From Pseudomonadota bacterium (GTDB taxonomy: Bacteria > Bdellovibrionota > Bdellovibrionia > Bdellovibrionales > SG-bin7): a DNA stretch of 64,000 nt. Shown here piece by piece: positions 40,077-48,300 of this stretch. A program made the translations under genes and the position numbers. Location: NCBI GenBank assembly GCA_034439715.1, contig JAWXAY010000100.1, positions 32,001-96,000 of the forward strand, in the 5' to 3' direction. Position 1 is the stretch's first letter, and each line of letters opens with the position of its first letter. The notes below the pieces were generated by a model. That model had not been told where the DNA came from. It did not search any database and was given only the letters and a program-made list of their open reading frames with translations.

Positions 40077-40574
40077 TCAATCTTTTATCTCGTAGCGACA
40101 GGCAAGAACAAAGGTGCTGAGGCCACCCAATAAAAATAATCCGCCCATATAGCCAAAAATCGCAAAGGCCTCTTTAGCTTCGGCGCGTCCCATTTCGGGG
40201 CCGTATATTCCTGCGAACAGCCAAAGAAAAGGATAAAAGAACCCGCCGAGGGCGACAGCAAACGAAGATATTGTGACTAACCGCATGGGAGCCCTAAGGC
40301 GCTTTAGAAATAATAATAGACCCATCATCATCGCCGAAATTCCGTTGGCGTGAAAGTGAAAGCGCTGGTAATACCGCCAATTTTTATCAGCTTCGGAAGT
40401 CATTTTATCGGCACGCTTTGCGGGGTCTTCAATTTGTTGAATTTTAACGTTTTTTTCAAGACCAGATTTAATTTTATCTTTAAATATATCCTCATTAAGT
40501 CCGAACAGAATTGCAATAAACACTCCGCCAATTATTCCTAAAATCGCTAAAAGAAACGGAATCTTTCGAATCAT
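40077..40574 (-). CDS. Membrane hypothetical protein
   Basis: SD AAGGAG before MIRKIP; four [10 protein letters not shown]. Confidence 0.7.
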   Translation of the reverse strand: MIRKIPFLLAILGIIGGVFIAILFGLNEDIFKDKIKSGLEKNVKIQQIEDPAKRADKMTSEADKNWRYYQRFHFHANGISAMMMGLLLFLKRLRAPMRLVTISSFAVALGGFFYPFLWLFAGIYGPEMGRAEAKEAFAIFGYMGGLFLLGGLSTFVLACRYEIKD

Positions 40575-40649
40575 GATTGCTCCTTGTAATAATCCATTTA
40601 CTAGTATTAAACTCGACCCACATTGGCAACTCAGAAATAGCGAGGTTCT

Positions 40650-41156
40650 ATGCTTTACGAGATTACAATTCCTCAACACATAAAAATGCTTAAAAATCTA
40701 TCGGCCATTCTTGACAAGAGTGCCCAATATGCAGAAGCAAAAAAGTTTGAGATGGAGGTTTTACTTCAGGCGCGGCTCGCTCCCGATCAGTTTAATTTAG
40801 TAAAGCAGATACAGATAACCTGCGATACCGCCAAGCTCTGTGCCGCCCGTCTGACTGGCATAGACGCGCCAGTTCATCCTGACACCGAAAAAAGTCTTCC
40901 TGAGCTCCGAGCTCGAATTGCCAGTGTGGTTTCTTTTTTAGAAACTCTAACGGCTAAAGATTTTCTGGAATCAGAGGGCCGACGAATTTCCCAGCCGCGC
41001 TGGGAGGGAAAGTATCTCACTGGCGAAGAGTTTGCGTTTCAACACGCCATTCCTAATTTTTATTTTCATATGGCTACTGCATATTCGATTTTACGACATA
41101 ACGGAGTCGACGTCGGAAAAAAAGACTACCTCGGTAAGATGCCTTTTAAAAGTTAG
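40650..41156 (+). CDS. DUF1993 family protein (DinB-like fold)
   Basis: ARLAPDQF.L..Q, PNFYFH..TAY.ILRH.GV.VGK.DY. Confidence 0.9.
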   Translation: MLYEITIPQHIKMLKNLSAILDKSAQYAEAKKFEMEVLLQARLAPDQFNLVKQIQITCDTAKLCAARLTGIDAPVHPDTEKSLPELRARIASVVSFLETLTAKDFLESEGRRISQPRWEGKYLTGEEFAFQHAIPNFYFHMATAYSILRHNGVDVGKKDYLGKMPFKS

Positions 41157-41976
41157 AAAAGTTAGAAAAATATTTTTCGATTTGCGTATCAAATTTTGCC
41201 TGTTGTTCTATTTTGCAGTCGTAGGGGTAGCGAGCATTTGAGCGCTGCCACCTATCATACCATGGTTTATCTAGGGGTGATTTCAACATCGAAATATCAG
41301 TAGCTGCTTCAGTGGTCTGAGTTTTTAGTCCCGTAGATTTACCATATCCAACAAAAAACCCGGCATTAATGAGTGCGACCCGGACGCGTGTGGCTTGACT
41401 GTATGTATATAGCGATGTGCCTCCGTCCTTCAACTCGCGAGATATCCTGCGAATTTTTTCAAAACACTTGCTGGTCCACATCTCTTGATTCACATTTGGA
41501 GAATAGGGATCAAAGAAAATAAGGTGAGGTCTTTGAACTTCAGTAGCGATGGTTTCTAAAAATTCACCTTGGCGAAGTTCCCAAAATACTTTCTGGTTAG
41601 ACCAATAGCCTTGAGTTAAGATTGCCTCAATAGCTCCCTCAAATCCCCTGAAGTGTTCAAACTTTGCTGTATGATAATGGGCAAACTTGAGAAGTTCTAA
41701 ATCTCTTTCAAAACTTATGAGTCGGAGAGCACGAGTTCTAGCGCAAGATATAGCAGCAAGAGCGTTAGCCGCAGCACCTAGGCCAACATCAAATACTACT
41801 AATTCTTCAGTGGCAGATTCAGTTAAGCGCTGCTTGAGGTTAGATTGATCTATGTAAAGTGCGTTGGCCTCAATCCAGGGGCCGACGGGATTGTGCATGA
41901 TTTCGTTTACTTCGATGTTACGAATAGAAATCGCTCCAGTGGTAGTTGTTACAATTTCAAATTTAGGATTGTCCAA
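41146..41976 (-). CDS. Stand-alone MnmC(m)/MnmD-like tRNA methyltransferase domain protein
   Basis: MH..VGP..EA..LYI, DVGLGAA.N, FFDPYSP..N..MW, TYS. Confidence 0.75.
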   Translation of the reverse strand: MDNPKFEIVTTTTGAISIRNIEVNEIMHNPVGPWIEANALYIDQSNLKQRLTESATEELVVFDVGLGAAANALAAISCARTRALRLISFERDLELLKFAHYHTAKFEHFRGFEGAIEAILTQGYWSNQKVFWELRQGEFLETIATEVQRPHLIFFDPYSPNVNQEMWTSKCFEKIRRISRELKDGGTSLYTYSQATRVRVALINAGFFVGYGKSTGLKTQTTEAATDISMLKSPLDKPWYDRWQRSNARYPYDCKIEQQAKFDTQIEKYFSNFSNF

Positions 41977-42054
41977 GTGAATTTACCTCGAGCTTGGTCA
42001 TACCACGTAAGAGCCGTTTGTAGAAAGTAAAACTCCCTTGCCAACTGCCGTCAG

Positions 42055-43236
42055 TTGATGCAAAAAGTCCTTTCTATGTCAAAGCTGAAAATCAAGCTGT
42101 CAAAGAGTCTTCGTAAGACCATCATGCGTGGCCACCCATGGGTTTATAAAGAAGCGATTTTGCAACCAGGAATGGTTGAGCGAGCGCAACTTTGCGAAGT
42201 TGCAGATCCTAAGGGCGAGTTTGCCTGGGCAATTTTTGATCCTCATGGCCCGCTTTCTCTTCGTATTTTGAGTACGGCAAAAGCGGCGCCCACAAATATA
42301 TTTTTTGAAAAACGGTTTGTGCGCGCCTTTAATATTAGAAATAGCGTGAGGGCAGAGCACACTAATTCTTATCGTTTATTTAATGGTGAGGGAGATCTTT
42401 TGCCGGGACTTGTTTGTGATATTTATGGACCGGTAGCAGTTTTACAGTTTGACGGACAGGGTCCTAGCGAGTTTTGGGATAAAAAGTTTGTGGCCGACTG
42501 GTTGCTCAGTCGTTCGGGATGTCAAACAGTGATTGAAAAAACTCGGCGGAATACGGAACGAACGACGGAACATATTGCAGGCGATTCGACTGAGAATGAA
42601 GTGCTGATCAAAGAAAATGGCGTTCATTTTAAAGTGAATATCGAAAAGGGTCAAAAGACCGGATTTTTTTTAGATCAAAGAGAGAATCGAAACCACATAC
42701 GTCATTTGTGTGCCGGTAAAAGTGTGTTAAATCTTTTTAGTTATACCGGTGGTTTTTCTGTTTACGCAGGTCTTGGCGGCGCAAAACGAGTGGCAAGCCT
42801 TGATGTATCACGTGGTGCCATCAATATGGCAGAAGAAAACTGGGCGCTTAATGGACTTGATAAATCTAAACACACAGGTCTTTGCGTTGATGTCTTTGAG
42901 TATTTAAATGGCCCACGTGAAATGTGGGACCACATTATTGTGGACCCGCCCTCGATGGGTCATGCCGAAAATCAAAGGGAAATGGCAAAATTAAAATATG
43001 TCGAACTTTTTGCGGCGGCGGCACAACGGGTAAATTCGGGAGGTGCGCTAAGTTTAAGTTCTTGCTCCAGCCATGTTTCATTTAATGATTTTTTTGAAAT
43101 AGTTGATGAGGCCCTTTCAAATTCGCGAAGAACGGGGCAGATCCTGCGAGTGTCGGGTCAGGGCATTGATCATCCCTTTCCCCATGCCTGTCACGAACTT
43201 AGGTATTTAAAGTTCGTGCATTTAGTGCTTGATTAG
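42055..43236 (+). CDS. RlmI-like class I rRNA m5C methyltransferase
   Basis: GHPWVY PUA region, GEGD.LPGL, GQKTGFFLDQR, LNLFSYTGGF, DPP, SCS. Confidence 0.88.
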   Translation: MMQKVLSMSKLKIKLSKSLRKTIMRGHPWVYKEAILQPGMVERAQLCEVADPKGEFAWAIFDPHGPLSLRILSTAKAAPTNIFFEKRFVRAFNIRNSVRAEHTNSYRLFNGEGDLLPGLVCDIYGPVAVLQFDGQGPSEFWDKKFVADWLLSRSGCQTVIEKTRRNTERTTEHIAGDSTENEVLIKENGVHFKVNIEKGQKTGFFLDQRENRNHIRHLCAGKSVLNLFSYTGGFSVYAGLGGAKRVASLDVSRGAINMAEENWALNGLDKSKHTGLCVDVFEYLNGPREMWDHIIVDPPSMGHAENQREMAKLKYVELFAAAAQRVNSGGALSLSSCSSHVSFNDFFEIVDEALSNSRRTGQILRVSGQGIDHPFPHACHELRYLKFVHLVLD

Positions 43237-43382
43237 AGTTTGCAGTCTTAAGAAAGCACCGACGGCAAACAAAGTTGCTGCTACATTACGCCCACTCTTT
43301 CGCAGTGCTTCTTTAAAAAGAAACTGGTACCTTAGAGGCAAATTCACTATTCTTTTTTTAGAGATACCTAAGGGATTTTAAA

Positions 43383-44942
43383 TTGGATCAAGAAATATTT
43401 GAGTGGCTGCTTTTATTAGGTCGATGGCTTCATATCACTGTCGCCATGGCGTGGATTGGCGCTTCATTCTTTTTCATGTGGCTCGATCGTACGCTTCAAA
43501 ATAATGAACTCTGGATGGTCCACGGCGGCGGATTTTACCAAGTTAAAAAACATCTCATGGGTCCGACAAGGGTTCCCAATCATTTGCACTGGTTTAAATG
43601 GGAGTCGTATTGGACCTGGCTCAGCGGACTTTTTTTAGTCATTCTGGTTTTTTATACCGGTAATGGTACTTTTCTTTTAGATTCGTCGGTTTCACAGGTC
43701 ACTTACTGGCAGGCCGTTGGCATAAGTGTGGCATCGATGCTGGTATCCTGGCTGTATTATGATTTTTTATGGGAAAGTAAACTTGCTAAAAATAAACCTA
43801 TAGTTGGGCACTTGCTAACTTTGTTGTGGTTTGTGGGTATGTCTTACTTTTTATGTCATACTCTCAGCGGTAGAGCTGCGTATATTCATGTTGGTGGCAT
43901 GCTTGGTACCTGGATGACCGCTAATGTGTTTTTGCGAATCATTCCTCGTCAACTTAAAATGGTTGAGGCCGCAAAGCTTGGCGAGACGGTAAATCAAGAG
44001 TGGAGCAAGAACGCTAAGAATCGATCGACTCACAATACCTATTTTACCTTACCTGTGATTTTCATAATGCTCAGCAATCACTTTCCGATGACCTATGGTC
44101 ATAACTTCAACTGGCTCATTCTATTAGTTATCAGCGCGGCTGGTGCTGCGATTCGTGAGTATTTTGTAGTTCGTCTGCAAAACCCTATTCGTGCGAAAAT
44201 ATTCGCTGCCGTCGGGGTCGTGTTGATTTTGGGAGTTATGTTTTTTACCAAGCAGAAGACACTTGTTCCCATAGAAACATATTCGGCTAAAGTTTCTGTA
44301 GAAAATCTTGGTCCAACGGCAAATGTTAAAGGTGTTGTAAAGTTTGTAGGACCAGTACCGGTGGGCGAAAAGTTGCAGTTACCATTGGAGTGTAGGCAGG
44401 GCCGCGAGGGCGAGACTTTTTCAAATGAAGTTGTGGTTAATAACGGTAGGATAAAAAATGTACTGATAAGAATCACCAAGGGGCTTGAAGGCAAAGTTTT
44501 TGGCGATGTGCCCGAGACTCCCGTACTCTTGGATCAAATAGATTGTCTCTATGAACCAAGGGTGATTGGTGTTCGAGTTGGCCAAAAAATAGAAATTATT
44601 AATAGTGATTCTTTATTTCACAATGTGCGAGCGCTTACCAAAAACAATGAAGAGTTTAATATTTCAATGCCACAAAAAAACGATCGCTTTACTAAAGTAT
44701 TTATGAAACCCGAAGTATTTTTACAAACAAAGTGTAGTGTACATCCCTGGATGAGTGCCTATATTGCCGTTATAGAACACCCCTTTTTTAGCGTTACTAA
44801 TGATACTGGCGAGTTTTTGATTAAGGATTTACCTTATGGGAACTATGCACTTGAAATTTGGCACGAAGTGTTCGGCGTTCAGACAAAAGAGATATCAGTA
44901 ACTAAAGATCAGGATATTGAGTTTACCTTCAAAAGGGAGTGA
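43383..44942 (+). CDS. puuD: PuuD-type membrane urate oxidase domain fused to a cupredoxin/beta-sandwich C-terminal domain
   Basis: RWLH...AWIG, LWMVHGGGFY, LHWFKWE.Y.TWLSG, SGRAAY.HVG, NV...IIP.Q, RS.HNTY.TLPV...M.SNH; C-terminal HNV...CSVHPWM; no CxxCH. Confidence 0.88.
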   Translation: MDQEIFEWLLLLGRWLHITVAMAWIGASFFFMWLDRTLQNNELWMVHGGGFYQVKKHLMGPTRVPNHLHWFKWESYWTWLSGLFLVILVFYTGNGTFLLDSSVSQVTYWQAVGISVASMLVSWLYYDFLWESKLAKNKPIVGHLLTLLWFVGMSYFLCHTLSGRAAYIHVGGMLGTWMTANVFLRIIPRQLKMVEAAKLGETVNQEWSKNAKNRSTHNTYFTLPVIFIMLSNHFPMTYGHNFNWLILLVISAAGAAIREYFVVRLQNPIRAKIFAAVGVVLILGVMFFTKQKTLVPIETYSAKVSVENLGPTANVKGVVKFVGPVPVGEKLQLPLECRQGREGETFSNEVVVNNGRIKNVLIRITKGLEGKVFGDVPETPVLLDQIDCLYEPRVIGVRVGQKIEIINSDSLFHNVRALTKNNEEFNISMPQKNDRFTKVFMKPEVFLQTKCSVHPWMSAYIAVIEHPFFSVTNDTGEFLIKDLPYGNYALEIWHEVFGVQTKEISVTKDQDIEFTFKRE

Positions 44943-44943
44943 C

Positions 44944-45267
44944 ATGATAAGCACACATATTTTAGACACAAGTAAGGGCGTGCCAGCCGCAGGCATACCC
45001 GTTAAGTTAAGGTTTAGAAATGGGGACTCGTGGGCGGAGTTAGCGGTTGGAAAAACCAACTCTGACGGGCGATGCTCCTTTGAGTGCGAAATTGCTATGG
45101 GCATTTATAAAATTGTTTTTGAGGTGGAAGAATATCTCAAAAAACAAACTAAAGATTATTTTTACTCAAAAGTACCAGTCGTATTTAAGGTAACAGATGT
45201 TGGCCGCAAGTATCACGTGCCACTACTCTTGAATCCGTTTGGCTACTCCACTTATAGAGGTAGCTGA
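44944..45267 (+). CDS. uraH: 5-hydroxyisourate hydrolase (transthyretin-like)
   Basis: STHILD...G.PA, TNSDGR, YHVPLLL.PFGYSTYRGS C-terminal signature. Confidence 0.96.
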   Translation: MISTHILDTSKGVPAAGIPVKLRFRNGDSWAELAVGKTNSDGRCSFECEIAMGIYKIVFEVEEYLKKQTKDYFYSKVPVVFKVTDVGRKYHVPLLLNPFGYSTYRGS

Positions 45268-45306
45268 AATCTGAAAACAAGAGAGATTCCTTACTATCAA
45301 GACTAT

Positions 45307-48300
45307 GTGACAGATGCGTTATTGAATTATTTGAAGCGCGAAAGCCGTCCAGTTGTCGGCGTATCTGAGTTGATGGAAGTCGGAAAAGGAGGAGGACTTG
45401 AGAATAAAGAATCGTTAAAATTTTTGTGTGAATTATACGACCAGCTAAAAGAGAATCTTAATCAAGTTTTAAACCAGAGAAAAACTGATCGTCACTTTAT
45501 CGATCAGCGAACCCGCGCTTGTTATGAGCTCAATAAAAACCTTGGTATCGATTTTATATCTCCTCAATACGAAACAATTATTGGCCATGAGGATGCAAAT
45601 GGCCGAATCGTTATCGGCCCCAAAAATGATTTTTATGCAAAAAGTGGTGGCGGTAAACCTATTGCGCAATTGCCCGATTTTTTACAGGGTCACCACGTGA
45701 CTTTATTTGGTCCGCCAGATGATGCCAAACTTTCTATAAATGCCATGAATGCCTTTTATAGAAAAACCAAGGACGAACCTGAAATCGTATCGGAACTACT
45801 TTCAACCCACTTGAGTAATCCCAAGTGGGGTGCCGACGATGAAGATTCTAAGACGCCACTTAGAGCTGATTTAGTTGCGGCCGGTGAAAATCTTACCAGG
45901 TGTTTTGCTGGCGATCTTGAGTATACCGATCCCAAAACACAAAAAAAATATGCGCTAGAAAAGGGACGACTCGCTCTCCCTATTAAGCGATTCCCGGGTT
46001 TAGCTTTACCCTGTACTTTTCTGCTATATCGAGACAATCCGCTGCCGCTTCACCTTTACGATTTTGCTCTTCATCTTTTTGAGAATTGGCATAACGAACA
46101 AGCGTTATCGTTTTATGTGCCTAAGCTCGAAAATGAAGAAGAGGCCCGATATATTTACTTGATGTGCGACACTGCAGAGGCGATGATTCAAAAACTCCAC
46201 CCCGAGTATAAAAAGGGCGCCATCAGGCTGTTTGTCGTTCTAGAAAATCCTCGGGCGATTTTTCGTGTCAATGAAATCATGGATGCACTTTACCCTTATT
46301 TTGCTGGCGCCTCTCTAGGCTGGCACGATTATTTAAGCTCCGCCGCTCGTTTGTTTAAGAATGATGCTAACTATCGGATTCCTGTTAAAGCTGATCCAGA
46401 TATAGTAATTAAATATATTAAGGCTTCACATGATTTGCTGGCACAGGTTGTTGGTTCGCGTGGTGGAGTCAAAATTGGTGGAATGTACGGCGTTCTGCCA
46501 ATGGATAGTGATCTGTTTAGTCCCTCATACCAAATTGCCATAAAGGGTTTTATAAAAGATGTCGTTACCGAGCTTAAAAGAAATCTCTCAGGTTTTTGGG
46601 TGGCACATCCCGATTTTATTCGGTGTGCACTGGCCATAGTTGAAAGCTGGAAATTTTATCAGTCAGGTGATAAATCAAAACTAGATACCTTGGTCACCTG
46701 CCTTTTAGATAAAAAATACCATAAGGAAATTAGGGAGTTTATCCATGCCCGCGATTTGGCGGGACTCGACGTCAATGACCCGCTCTATGCAAGGTCATTG
46801 ATTGTCGCCGATATTAAAGAATCGACGTTTATTGCCAATAATCATCCCGATGAAATTCGTTACAATGTGTTTCAGTCTCTGCAGTATTTGACGGATTGGT
46901 TAAGTGGCAATGGTTGTGTGGCGTTACCAGCCGAAATAGAGGGTGTGCCGGTACGAGTAATGGATGATTTGGCTACGGCCGAACGCTCCCGGTGGGAGGT
47001 CTGGCATGAGCTGCACCACGGTCGCTTTAATCTAGAGGAATTTTTGAAAATTGCGCATGAAGAGATGATATTTATACGCAAAGATCTTTCGAACTCAAAA
47101 AAAATCGTACAGGTTAAGTGGAATGAGCGGACTGAAAAATGGTACCCAGTGGCCATGAGGCTAATGATTGAACTAATGACTAGCCCGGCGCCAGTTGAAT
47201 TTGCGACTGAGCTTTTAATGTCATTTACAGTGGACTCGATTAGGCAAGAAGCAGATCCTCTTTTGGCATTGAGTAAGATAGATCCCGGCAAACTTGCTTT
47301 GAATTCATATATAGAGCGCTTTAATTACTATTTTTTAATTTGCGGCAATCTTGTTTTTGCAAAGACGATGGCCCAAAATATATCGGTTGATTTAGCGCTG
47401 GCAGAAAAACTTATAAACAACTTTACTTTGGATGAAGTTAAGGCCGCCGCGTATTTTCATGGTGACATTGGCGAGAATAAGAAAACACTTGATGAAATGG
47501 CATCAAATGAGCAGGCGCTGGTGCTGAATGAGGACAATAAAATTAAGTCCGAGTTAGCCGATCTTGGTTTTAAATACCTGCAAAAATTTGGAGTAAAGTT
47601 TTTAATTTCTGCAAAAAACAAATCTGGAAAAGAAATAGTGTCAGCGCTTAGGACGCGCCTCGAAAATACGGCTTCACAAGAATTGATCAATGCCAAGTCT
47701 GCGCTTTGGGAAATTAGCCTTAAGCGATTAAAAACTCAAGCGGAGCAAAGCCTTCATCAGCAAATCGAGAGATTGCGAGCTATGCACAATATTGGAGATG
47801 CCGCAGTCAGTGTTTCATTGCCGGGGGGAAGTGGGCAATTGCTTTGTTTTGGTGGGGCGACCGAGCAAACCTGGTTTCAATATGCGTCTTTAAGTAAAAC
47901 GTTGTCCAGTTGTTTTGCCGTCGAATACTTTCACAATAAAAATATTTCTCTCGATACTCCCGTGGATTCTTTGTTAGAAAAAACAGAATCTGCATTTCGC
48001 ATAAAGTCTGCTGAGGTTACGCTCCGTCACCTTATGAATCACACAGCGCTAAACATGCATTACGTCAACGGAGTGCCAACAGCAGAAAAAATGCCAAATG
48101 TACGTGAGTTGCTTGACCCGATTGTCGTGACCAATGTGCCGGGCACGAGATTTCAGTATTCTGGCGGCGGATTTCTAGTGCTCCAACATCTTATCGAAGC
48201 TTTAGAAGGAAAAACTATTGTTGAGATTACCAAAACGTTTTTTGACAAGTTAGATTTAAAAAATTTAAGCTTTGCACCAGTGCCTGCTCCTAATATGGAA

